From positions 348,881-412,880 of the forward strand of contig CAWETF010000003.1 in the NCBI GenBank assembly GCA_963812045.1: a DNA stretch of 64,000 nt. The letters run 5' to 3'. The position numbers and the translations under genes were made by a program. Positions 17,836-26,150 of this stretch are shown one piece after another. The stretch's first letter is position 1, and each line of letters begins with the position of its first letter. Origin of the DNA: an uncultured delta proteobacterium (lineage in GTDB: Bacteria; Desulfobacterota; Syntrophia; Syntrophales; Smithellaceae). Under the pieces are notes generated by a model, which did no database searches, was not told the origin of the DNA, and saw only the letters and a list, made by a program, of their open reading frames with translations.

Positions 17836-19749
17836 TCATGTCTTTTCTCTTAAAATGCGGTGGTCGCCGACTCTTACGGTAAGTTTGTTTGTGTCAAAGT
17901 ATTCCATCAGCGGAATTATATATTTGCGGGAAAGTCCGGTTAAGTCTTTAAAGCTTGCCGGCGTGGCCTTGCCGTCTTTTATCAGTTGAGCCTTGTAATC
18001 ATTGCGTAGTTTCTCCAACGCTTTGCCGGCAAAACATAGTTCTTCGTTTATTTGGATTAAATCTCCTTCTTTGAGCATCAACTTGATAATGCTTTGCGCT
18101 TTTGTTTTCTGATCTTTAAATTTGTTCATAACTTCAGAAAGCGAAGAAGGCGTAAGGCCCGCGTCATTATAAATTCTTGCAATATCCCGGCGCAGAGAAT
18201 CCAGTTCTCCTGAAAATTCCACCTGATGTCCGGCGAGGCGCACGTTGTCTTTATCGCTTACGATAGTTCCGTTTTTATTAAGAGAATTTATGACCATATT
18301 GAAAAGTTTTGGTGAAACAATGTTCCCCTGTGACGCTTTGAGTTCTTCTTTGGATATGCCTTCTTTTAGAGAATTATTCTTATGATAAGCGGCAATGTTT
18401 TTGATAATAAGCTCTTCCATTTGATGAAAAAAATTGGCGGAAATAACAGTAGTGTCGTCATTGTCCAGAAGGAAGGCAAATCTTCCGGAAAGTAAAATCT
18501 CCAGCGCGTCTCTGATTTTTCTGGCGTTGATACCTAAACGAAAAGACAGGCGACGTAAGTTAATGCCTTTAAAACCGGCCCGCTCCAGAATCACAGAAAT
18601 TTTTTCCGGCAAAGTTCCTTTTTGCAGCAAATTCAATTCTTCGATAATTTTGGTATTATGCCTTTTGTGTTTGGCCGGAAGCGGGTCGATTATCAGGCCG
18701 CCGCCGATGGTTGTAACGGGAGAATAGCTTCGCAAAACGAAATGGTCGCCGGCCACAACAACGTCATTTTCGGATAAAATAATCTGAGCAAATTCTTTTT
18801 GCCCCGGAGCGAGTTCATCTTTTTCCAGCAGAATTATTCGCGCGATAATTTCGCTTGTGCCAGTATGCAGACGAACCAAAGACCTGTTTTTGAGATTTTT
18901 GGAATTAGAAGCGAGAAATTCAACAAGGACATCCATGCGCTGTGACGGCCATACGGTTTGCGGGCGAACAAGCACATTACCGCGTTCGATGGTTGATTTT
19001 TCAATGCCCTGCAGATTTATCGCCGTGCGTTGACCGGACCATGCTTCTTCCACGGTTTGATTATGCACCTGAATGCCTCTGATGCGGGCGGTAATGTTTT
19101 CGGGAAGTATTTGAATTTCATCGCCGGTTTTGATGTGGTCGGAAACCAGTGTGCCGGTAACGACGGTGCCGAAGCCTTTCATTGTAAAAACGCGATCCAC
19201 AGGCAGACGAAAAATACCGTCATCTGCTTTTTCGGTAATCTGGCATGTTACAGCGTCCAATGTCCGAACAAGATCGTTCAGGCCTTCTTTTTTAATGGCG
19301 GAGACGGGAACAATCGGCGCGCCTTCCAGGAAAGTTCCCTTCAGAAAATTAGTAATTTCCGATTGCACCATGTTCAGCCAGTCTTTTTCAACAAGATCAA
19401 TTTTGGTGAGAGCAACCATACCCTTGGAAATTCCCAGAAGCGAACAGATATTCAGATGTTCTTTCGTCTGGGGCATTATCCCCTCGTCAGCGGCAATGAC
19501 CATCATAACCAGATCAATACCCGCGGCGCCGGAAACCATGTTCTTGATGAATTTTTCGTGTCCGGGGACATCCACGATGCCGAGTGTACGGCCGGAAGGG
19601 AGAGCCAGAGAGGCAAAGCCCAGTTCAATAGTGATGCCTCTTTGTTTTTCTTCTTTTAAGCGGTCGGTATCAACACCTGTAATGGCTTTTATTAACGCGG
19701 TTTTTCCATGATCAACATGGCCGGCTGTGCCGAGAACAAAATGTTTCAT
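17836..19749 (-). CDS. selB: selenocysteine-specific translation elongation factor SelB
   Basis: 637 aa. GTPase G1 GTAGHVDHGKTAL and DVPGHEKF, then a long winged-helix C-terminal extension typical of bacterial SelB. Confidence 0.88.
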   Translation of the reverse strand: MKHFVLGTAGHVDHGKTALIKAITGVDTDRLKEEKQRGITIELGFASLALPSGRTLGIVDVPGHEKFIKNMVSGAAGIDLVMMVIAADEGIMPQTKEHLNICSLLGISKGMVALTKIDLVEKDWLNMVQSEITNFLKGTFLEGAPIVPVSAIKKEGLNDLVRTLDAVTCQITEKADDGIFRLPVDRVFTMKGFGTVVTGTLVSDHIKTGDEIQILPENITARIRGIQVHNQTVEEAWSGQRTAINLQGIEKSTIERGNVLVRPQTVWPSQRMDVLVEFLASNSKNLKNRSLVRLHTGTSEIIARIILLEKDELAPGQKEFAQIILSENDVVVAGDHFVLRSYSPVTTIGGGLIIDPLPAKHKRHNTKIIEELNLLQKGTLPEKISVILERAGFKGINLRRLSFRLGINARKIRDALEILLSGRFAFLLDNDDTTVISANFFHQMEELIIKNIAAYHKNNSLKEGISKEELKASQGNIVSPKLFNMVINSLNKNGTIVSDKDNVRLAGHQVEFSGELDSLRRDIARIYNDAGLTPSSLSEVMNKFKDQKTKAQSIIKLMLKEGDLIQINEELCFAGKALEKLRNDYKAQLIKDGKATPASFKDLTGLSRKYIIPLMEYFDTNKLTVRVGDHRILREKT

Positions 19750-19852
19750 TTGTTTACCTTGATAAAATGCTGTTGGAAAGTAGCAAACTCTTCATTTTTT
19801 CACAAGATTATATTTGCTGTTGATCAAAATAAAAAATGTTTCTGGCTGTGGA

Positions 19853-19883
19853 AAAACACTTGTCAAATTAATTCTTGAAAAAG
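19853..19883 (+). repeat. 31-nt copy of the ruvX upstream region (left copy)
   Basis: aaaacacTtgtcaaattaattcttgaaaaag versus aaaacacCtgtcaaattaattcttgaaaaag at 23846-23876 (30/31). Confidence 0.9.
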
Positions 19884-20052
19884 AATCGTTTCTCGGCTTT
19901 ACTGGAAAAACCTTTTGCCTTCCGGTTGTTAAATGGCAGGAAACCCTTTCCACGAAGGAAGCGGAAGAAATACTGATAAATTCCGGTGTCCGTTGGGAAA
20001 AAAGAAAAAAATGGTGGATAAACTGACGGCCTGCCTGATTCCTCAAGGTTAT
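19884..20052 (+). pseudogene. ruvX 3'-end fragment (internally deleted, frameshifted copy)
   Basis: Aligns to ruvX 24137-24309. It encodes ...KTFCLPVVKWQETLSTKEAEEILINSGVRWEKRKK and then frameshifts in the poly-A run. It is joined to the promoter copy through the shared octamer tgaaaaag. Confidence 0.85.
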
Positions 20053-20053
20053 T

Positions 20054-20902
20054 ATGAAAAAAAGAGAAACATGCCAGATTTGCCTTCAAGAAACAGCAGA
20101 TCATTATCTTGATCTCCAAGGCATGATTTTGCATCGTTGCCGGCAATGTGGACTTGTTTTTAACGCCAGGCCGTTAAATCAAGATACATTAAATGAGATT
20201 TACGGCGAAAAATATTTTCAGAAAGGATATTTTAATAATTGTCATAAAGCCTATGCCTTTAGAGGACAAATTAAGAATTATAAAAAATATTTAAGAATTA
20301 TTAATGGTTTTTGTCCGGCGAAGGGCCGGTTGCTCGATGTTGGTTGCGGGAAAGGGGTTTTTCTTGATGTTGCCGCTAAAGACGGCTGGAAGGTTTCGGG
20401 ACAAGATATCTCTCCTATTGCGGCACGGCACGCCAAAGAACAGTTCTCTTTCCCGGTTTTTTCCGGCCATCTTAAAAGCGCTCCATTCTTAGCGGAATCG
20501 TTTGATGTTGTTACCATGTGGGATGTTATCGAGCATAGTGACAAGCCCCAAGAAATGCTTAATGACGTTTTGCATTTTTTAAAAAAGGACGGGCTATTAT
20601 TTATCTGGACATTAAATCAAGATTGTCTGATGACCTGGATTGCGTATCAATTTTACAAAATAAATATTAATTTTGCGGTGCGGGAAATTTATATTCCTGA
20701 ACACCGGTTTTATTTTAATCAAAAGACATTGGCGGCGATTCTTGAGAAAGCGAAGTTGAAGATTCTTTATAAAAATTTTGACGAATACCCGTTGGACCGG
20801 TATGGCGGAAAAGTTTTTATTAAAATAGGCCTTTCGGTTATTTTTCTATTTCATAAAATCTTCAACATTAAATCCGAACAAGTTTGGGTGTGCAAAAAAT
20901 GA
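20054..20902 (+). CDS. class I SAM-dependent methyltransferase with N-terminal Zn-ribbon
   Basis: 282 aa. CQIC...CRQC zinc ribbon, SAM motif I LLDVGCGKGVFL, post-I DIS, and WDVIEH. Confidence 0.75.
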   Translation: MKKRETCQICLQETADHYLDLQGMILHRCRQCGLVFNARPLNQDTLNEIYGEKYFQKGYFNNCHKAYAFRGQIKNYKKYLRIINGFCPAKGRLLDVGCGKGVFLDVAAKDGWKVSGQDISPIAARHAKEQFSFPVFSGHLKSAPFLAESFDVVTMWDVIEHSDKPQEMLNDVLHFLKKDGLLFIWTLNQDCLMTWIAYQFYKININFAVREIYIPEHRFYFNQKTLAAILEKAKLKILYKNFDEYPLDRYGGKVFIKIGLSVIFLFHKIFNIKSEQVWVCKK

Positions 20903-22008
20903 ATGGAATTCGACAATCACAACTGGGGCTAACTCTTAAATTGTTAAGTGAAGGGCGCATCAAATGGTTTTTTGATAATTTGATAAAGATGGCACTTATC
21001 AAACAGTCTTTTCATTTTAAAAAACCATTATGCGGCCCGCTTGTTGCCTCCGTGATCGTAACGTATAAATGTAATTTTCGATGCCCTTTTTGCGATGCGT
21101 ATAATAAGCCTGCTTTGTTGGAATTAGAAAATAAATATTTTGAGACGGAAGATTTTAAAAAAGGTTTGCAGCAATTAATTGATTTTAAGGTAGGGGTGAT
21201 TGGATTTACCGGAGGTGAGCCATTATTGCGCGAAGATATTTTTGAGTTAATTACTTTCGCCAAACAAAAAGGCCCGGTGGTGCATTTGAGCACCAATGGT
21301 TCTCTGTTAAGCGAGGATCGCGCCGAATTGCTTTTAAGAACGAAAATCGATGGAATCAATATTTCCTTGGATGGGGCCATCGCAGAAACAAATGATTTTA
21401 TCAGAGGAAAAGGTTCTTTTGAAAAAGTTACGGAAAATATCCGTACCCTTGTAGCGTCTCGAAAAAAACTCCGGTCAAAAACACAAATCGGTCTTTTTTG
21501 TGTCTTGACGCGAAAGAATCTCAATGAGACGCAGGCGTTGATATCATTGGCAAAAAAGTTGGGGGTCGACTCTGCTGGATTCATGCCGGTTCAGGATATT
21601 GTGTATAAACATAAAGATGATTATGGAAATCTGAAAAATGAATTATGCCCTGATGCGGAAAGCGAGATTGATCAGGCTGTTGATTTTTTAATTGAATATA
21701 AGAGAAAGTATGGTTTTATTGATGATTCGAAAAAGTATCTTGAATTGTTTAAATCGAGTCTGCGAGGGTATCCGCTTCCTTTGAATTGTTATATGGGGCA
21801 CGGATTTATCGTTTTAGATTGCTATGGAAATATTTTTCCTTGTTATCCTTTTGCGTTAAAAGGCGCCCATTGCGTTGGGAATATTTCAACAACACCGTTG
21901 CGACAGGTTTATCATTCCTCTGAATATGCAAAGGTGAGAGATATGGTGAAAAATTGCCATAGTTGTTACTGGAATTGCACGACGGAATTAAATGTATTAT
22001 TGAATTAA
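20899..22008 (+). CDS. radical SAM protein with C-terminal SPASM/twitch-like Cys cluster
   Basis: ATGA overlap with the methyltransferase stop (start at ATG 20899; the track gives 20884). CNFRCPFCDA is the CxxxCxxC motif, with GGEPLL. C-terminal cysteines: CYGNIFPCYPF...CVGN...NCHSCYWNC. Confidence 0.75.
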   Translation: MNGIRQSQLGLTLKLLSEGRIKWFFDNLIKMALIKQSFHFKKPLCGPLVASVIVTYKCNFRCPFCDAYNKPALLELENKYFETEDFKKGLQQLIDFKVGVIGFTGGEPLLREDIFELITFAKQKGPVVHLSTNGSLLSEDRAELLLRTKIDGINISLDGAIAETNDFIRGKGSFEKVTENIRTLVASRKKLRSKTQIGLFCVLTRKNLNETQALISLAKKLGVDSAGFMPVQDIVYKHKDDYGNLKNELCPDAESEIDQAVDFLIEYKRKYGFIDDSKKYLELFKSSLRGYPLPLNCYMGHGFIVLDCYGNIFPCYPFALKGAHCVGNISTTPLRQVYHSSEYAKVRDMVKNCHSCYWNCTTELNVLLN

Positions 22009-22030
22009 TTAACAGCTATCCCCTATTATC

Positions 22031-23437
22031 TCATAGGCCAAACATCTCAGAAAAATCAATCCATCTAACCTTAAAAAAATAATTATAGCCCCTATGTAGA
22101 TTCCAGATTAATGAAAATATCTTATTCAAATCGTATTGAATCAATCTTTTGACAATAGGTCTTAAGAATGGAAAATCTACGACAAGAGGAAACAAATGAT
22201 GTAAACGGATTATCTTGTCTATGTCCTTGATCTTCATTGGGGATTGATAGTAATAATCTCCTTTTAATGAATTAACATCACCGTCATAATATCCTTTTTT
22301 AATAGAATATTCGCTAAGGTCTGTCCTTGGATATGGCTGGAAAATCGAAACCCATGAATAACTTGGTTTACATTTAATATTCAGGTCGATTGTCTCCCAA
22401 ACAGAATCAAGAGTCTCATCAGGAAGGCCTACCATATTTTGAGTGAAGATATGAAGACCATATTTATGGCATAATTTCGCGATCTGAAGTATCTGGTTCC
22501 GGGAGATATTTCTCTTTAATATTTTGTTCCTTATAACTTCATCTCCGCTTTCAATCGCAAAAACGATGGTTATACAACCAGCTTCCTTAAGGGACCTGAT
22601 TATCTCTTCGTCGATTATATTTACCCTGATATTACAGATAAAAGGAAGTTTGATCTTTTCCTTGTACTCATGGCAAAAATCAATGGTCCATTCCTTATTA
22701 AGGATAAAAGTGTCATCAACAAAATGAAATCTTCGCGGATGAAATTTATTTTTTGTTTGAACCAATTCATTGATGACATTTGGCACAGTTCGTTTACGAA
22801 TAATATTCCCCTTCCCTTGATATAATTTATTATAACTGTGATTAAAACAGTAAGTGCAATTATAAGGACAACCTCTTCCCGTAATAATATGCCTCCTGTG
22901 AAAATTTCTGTATTGTTTGTAGCGATTAATCAGTTCACGATCAGGATAAGGGATTTCATCCAGATTACATATCAAATCCCTTAAAGGGTTCTTATAGATT
23001 TTACCGTTAATCTTCACATCAATATTTTGAATATGTTTTATATCTTTCTTTTTTTCAAGATTCTCTAACAATTCTGCAGTAGCATATTCACCTTCTCCCT
23101 TACAAATAGCATCGACGCCTTCTTCTTCTATGAATTCGGGGAAAAAAGTACAATGGGGTCCGCCGAAAATTGAAAAAAACTTTAATCTTTTCTTAAGGTT
23201 CAGATTAAGTTTTTGATAAAAAGTATGCATTCCAGTTGTTACGGAGTATGCAATAATATCCGGTCCAATCTCTTGAATCTCTTGAAGATAATTTTTTGAA
23301 AGTCGCAGATCTATAAAATAGACTTGATGCCCTTTTTTCTTAAGAAAAGCAGAAATTGTCATCAAGCCTAGCGGCTCAACATATTCATACTTGTAAATAA
23401 ATAAAACTTTCATGTTCTCACGAAGCGATGAATGCAT
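22031..23437 (-). CDS. B12-binding-domain radical SAM protein
   Basis: 468 aa. N-terminal cobalamin-binding-like domain (KVLFIYKYEYVEPLGLMTISAFLKKKGHQVYFIDL), radical SAM motif GRGCPYNCTYCF. Very AT-rich. An alternative start is the ATG at 23413 (MKVLFIY). Confidence 0.75.
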   Translation of the reverse strand: MHSSLRENMKVLFIYKYEYVEPLGLMTISAFLKKKGHQVYFIDLRLSKNYLQEIQEIGPDIIAYSVTTGMHTFYQKLNLNLKKRLKFFSIFGGPHCTFFPEFIEEEGVDAICKGEGEYATAELLENLEKKKDIKHIQNIDVKINGKIYKNPLRDLICNLDEIPYPDRELINRYKQYRNFHRRHIITGRGCPYNCTYCFNHSYNKLYQGKGNIIRKRTVPNVINELVQTKNKFHPRRFHFVDDTFILNKEWTIDFCHEYKEKIKLPFICNIRVNIIDEEIIRSLKEAGCITIVFAIESGDEVIRNKILKRNISRNQILQIAKLCHKYGLHIFTQNMVGLPDETLDSVWETIDLNIKCKPSYSWVSIFQPYPRTDLSEYSIKKGYYDGDVNSLKGDYYYQSPMKIKDIDKIIRLHHLFPLVVDFPFLRPIVKRLIQYDLNKIFSLIWNLHRGYNYFFKVRWIDFSEMFGL

Positions 23438-23447
23438 GACATAAAAC

Positions 23448-23852
23448 TTATGTCAATACAATTTTGAGAACATCCAGGCAGAGCCACTCTCCGAATTCCA
23501 CCACGCGCTTCTGATGGCAGGACGGACAGAAGTGGCGTCTTTTGCAAGAGAAGGCCAGCAGATATTCATGGCCGCACTCTTTGCATCTCACACGGGCAAA
23601 GCCGTGGCTCCGATCGCCGCAATCGAGAAAGCGGTCGATCACTTTTTCGGCATAAGGCCGCCAGAAGCCATACCGCATAAGGATCGACGCAGTGGTAATA
23701 ATCCGTATCTTGTGATCGACGTGGCAGGTATTCGGCTGCGGACACTGAAATATCTTTCTCGCTTCATAGGATGGATAACTCCATCCCGAAGCGAGAAAAT
23801 TTAGTCGGACGAGCGTTCTATTGTCAAGATCAATAAACATCGGGCAAAACAC
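23448..23852 (-). mobile_element. truncated IS91-family (Y2 rolling-circle) transposase remnant, N-terminal Zn-binding domain only
   Basis: GFARVRCKECGHEYLLAFSCKRRHFCPSCHQKRVVEFGEWL matches the IS91 transposase zinc-binding domain. The ORF stops after 134 aa, 11 nt before the B12-rSAM gene. No catalytic Y2 domain is present. Confidence 0.7.
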
Positions 23853-23876
23853 CTGTCAAATTAATTCTTGAAAAAG
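23846..23876 (+). repeat. 31-nt ruvX upstream region (right, functional copy)
   Basis: Direct repeat of 19853-19883. Confidence 0.9.
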
Positions 23877-23880
23877 GCAG

Positions 23881-24330
23881 GTGGAATTGTTAGAAAGCGC
23901 GGCAAAGGAGTGCTTCTTGCGCATACTTGGTTTGGATTATGGTGAAAGAAGAATAGGAGTGGCTATTTGCGACGAACTGGGTCTTACGGCTCAGGGTTTG
24001 CCTACGATAATAAGAAAAAATAAGAAACATGATTGGAAAATTCTGGGAGATCTGATCGCAAATTACAAAGTAGACAAAATTATAATAGGTTATCCTGTAA
24101 GACTGGACGGTTCCGAGGGCATACAGTGTGAAAAAGTAAATCGTTTCTCGGCCTTACTGGAAAAAACATTTTGCCTTCCTGTTGTTAAATGGCAGGAAAC
24201 CCTTTCCACGAAGGAAGCGGAAGAAATACTTATAAATTCCGGTGTCCGTTGGGAAAAAAGAAAAAAAATGGTGGATAAACTGGCGGCCTGCCTGATCCTT
24301 CAAGGTTATCTGGATTCTATCGTAAAATAA
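23881..24330 (+). CDS. ruvX: Holliday-junction resolvase-like nuclease RuvX (YqgF)
   Basis: ILGLDYGERRIGVAICD is the YqgF N-terminal motif. The true start may be the in-frame TTG at 23917 (LRILGLDYG). Confidence 0.85.
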   Translation: MELLESAAKECFLRILGLDYGERRIGVAICDELGLTAQGLPTIIRKNKKHDWKILGDLIANYKVDKIIIGYPVRLDGSEGIQCEKVNRFSALLEKTFCLPVVKWQETLSTKEAEEILINSGVRWEKRKKMVDKLAACLILQGYLDSIVK

Positions 24331-24354
24331 TTTTAAATTAATTCCGCAAAGAAT

Positions 24355-25455
24355 ATGAATAAATCTGTCAAAAAAAGAAATTCAAATAAAAAACAAAAGG
24401 ATTCGTGGATAAAGAGGCTTCTCTTATTCAGGTTCTTTAAGAAGTCATCATCTGTGGACAGAATAGTTCACCGCGCCATTTTATATTTTGTCGCTGTTTT
24501 TTTTATTTTTTGTGTTCTGCTTTTAAATTATTCAATTAGTTCCATTGATAAGAAAAACGTAAATGTGCTGGTTGATATACCGACAGGCTCAAGCTTTTTT
24601 GAGGTTACGGAAACACTTAATCGGGCAGGTCTTATAAAGCACAGGATTTTCTTTTACAGCCTGGCCGTTATAAAAAACGCCAGACGGCACATTTGCGCCG
24701 GTGAGTATGAAATCAATACTTTGCTAACTCCTTCGGCAATGATTAATAAACTGATGCGCGGAGAAGTTAAGGAACATAAAGTCCTGATTCCGGAAGATTT
24801 GTCCATGCAGGAAATTGCCACGCGTCTGGATAATGAAAAGCTGATTAATAAAGAAATGTTTTTTGAACTGGCAAGAGATAAAGAATTTCTGGAATCTTTA
24901 AATATTAAGGCGGAATCCATAGAAGGTTATCTTTTCCCCGATACTTACTATTTCAACCGTTCCATGAACACGCGCAAGATTATGAAAATTATGGCGAGTC
25001 AGTTCTGGAAAAAAGTTACACCGGAGATGATTAAAAAAGCCCAGGGGCTTGGATTTAATACTCATCAGTTTGTCACATTTGCTTCCATTATAGGCAAAGA
25101 GTCAGGTAATGATGCCGAAAAACCTCTTATCTCAGCGGTGTTTCGTAATAGACTCAAAAAGAGAATGCCCCTGCAGAGCGATCCTACTGCTGTCTATGAC
25201 TTGGACAGTTTTAACGGCAAAGTACTGCGTAGTCATTTGAGAAGAAATTCTCCCTACAACACTTACGTCATAAGAGGTTTGCCGCCCGGACCCATTGCCA
25301 ATCCCGGGGTAGCTTCATTGCAGGCAACTCTTAACCCAGCCCCTGTTAATTATCTTTATTTTGTTTCCAAAAAAGACGGCTCACATTTTTTTTCAGCCTC
25401 TTTAAACGAGCATAATCAGGCCGTATATCGTTATTCACATTCAAATAATAAGTAA
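24355..25455 (+). CDS. mltG: endolytic murein transglycosylase MltG (YceG-like)
   Basis: 366 aa. N-terminal TM helix, then the YceG pattern (IEGYLFPDTYYF, ASIIGKES, LQSDPT, YNTYVIRGLPPGPIANPG). Confidence 0.88.
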   Translation: MNKSVKKRNSNKKQKDSWIKRLLLFRFFKKSSSVDRIVHRAILYFVAVFFIFCVLLLNYSISSIDKKNVNVLVDIPTGSSFFEVTETLNRAGLIKHRIFFYSLAVIKNARRHICAGEYEINTLLTPSAMINKLMRGEVKEHKVLIPEDLSMQEIATRLDNEKLINKEMFFELARDKEFLESLNIKAESIEGYLFPDTYYFNRSMNTRKIMKIMASQFWKKVTPEMIKKAQGLGFNTHQFVTFASIIGKESGNDAEKPLISAVFRNRLKKRMPLQSDPTAVYDLDSFNGKVLRSHLRRNSPYNTYVIRGLPPGPIANPGVASLQATLNPAPVNYLYFVSKKDGSHFFSASLNEHNQAVYRYSHSNNK

Positions 25456-25486
25456 ATACAGTAACTTATAAATTAATTTCTTTGAA

Positions 25487-25536
25487 GAAAACAGATAAAA
25501 ATACAAATTTGTATTTTTATCTGTTTTCTTATTTTT
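25487..25536 (+). terminator. Rho-independent terminator after mltG
   Basis: Near-perfect ~19-bp palindrome gaaaacagataaaaataca/tgtatttttatctgttttc followed by ttaTTTTT. Confidence 0.75.
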
Positions 25537-25631
25537 AAAACTTTTTTCATCTCAGAATTATTTCCGGTCCGATTTCTTAATTTCCCCTGTAATTTTAAGT
25601 CGTTTAATTTAAAAAAAGTTGAATTTTTTGC

Positions 25632-25660
25632 TTGACAAAGGCGAATACCGCCTTTATAGT
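25632..25660 (+). promoter_or_regulatory. dcw (Pmra-like) sigma70 promoter
   Basis: TTGACA (25632-25637), 17-nt spacer, TATAGT (25655-25660), ~40 nt upstream of mraZ. Confidence 0.7.
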
Positions 25661-25667
25661 TGGCCAT

Positions 25668-25701
25668 GTGGAGTAAAGTGGTTTATCGTGGAGGAAAGTG
25701 A
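25668..25701 (+). promoter_or_regulatory. putative MraZ operator: phased GTGG direct repeats
   Basis: GTGG at 25668, 25678 and 25688, and GTGA at 25698, with exact 10-bp phasing between the promoter and the mraZ start. Confidence 0.6.
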
Positions 25702-26147
25702 TGTCCGTATTTAGAGGGCAATATCATCATAATATTGATGAAAAAGGAAGAATAATCTTCCCGTCCAAATTCCGCGAAATATTCGCGGAAGAATATGACA
25801 ACCGGATGGTCATTACCACCTGGGATCAGTACCTAATGGTTTTTCCTTACGACGAATGGCTTATTATTGAAGAGAAGGTAGCCCATCAATCCAAGTTGCG
25901 CAAGGAAGTGCGATCGTTTCAGCGTTTCTTCATGTCCGGAGCCGTTGACTGTAATATCGACGGACAGGGGCGTGTGCTCATACCCCCGACTTTGCGCGAA
26001 TATGCAAAATTGGAAAAAGATATTGTTCTGGCCGGCATGCTTAAGAATATTGAAATCTGGTCGAAAGATCGTTTCGAAGAAAGAATGAAACAGGCTGCCG
26101 GTGAAATTGACAAATGCGCTGACTTCATAGCTGATCTGGGAATCTAG
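25701..26147 (+). CDS. mraZ: transcriptional regulator MraZ
   Basis: GGAGG lies 6 nt before the ATG at 25701. Two SpoVT/AbrB-like repeats ([14 protein letters not shown]; [16 protein letters not shown]). Confidence 0.92.
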   Translation: MSVFRGQYHHNIDEKGRIIFPSKFREIFAEEYDNRMVITTWDQYLMVFPYDEWLIIEEKVAHQSKLRKEVRSFQRFFMSGAVDCNIDGQGRVLIPPTLREYAKLEKDIVLAGMLKNIEIWSKDRFEERMKQAAGEIDKCADFIADLGI

Positions 26148-26150
26148 AAG

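Noticed and set aside
17836-19749. selB without adjacent selA/selD/selC, or a SECIS-bearing selenoprotein gene nearby
   Set aside because: Sel genes are often dispersed, and I saw no tRNA-Sec-like sequence in the flanking gaps. This says nothing unusual by itself.
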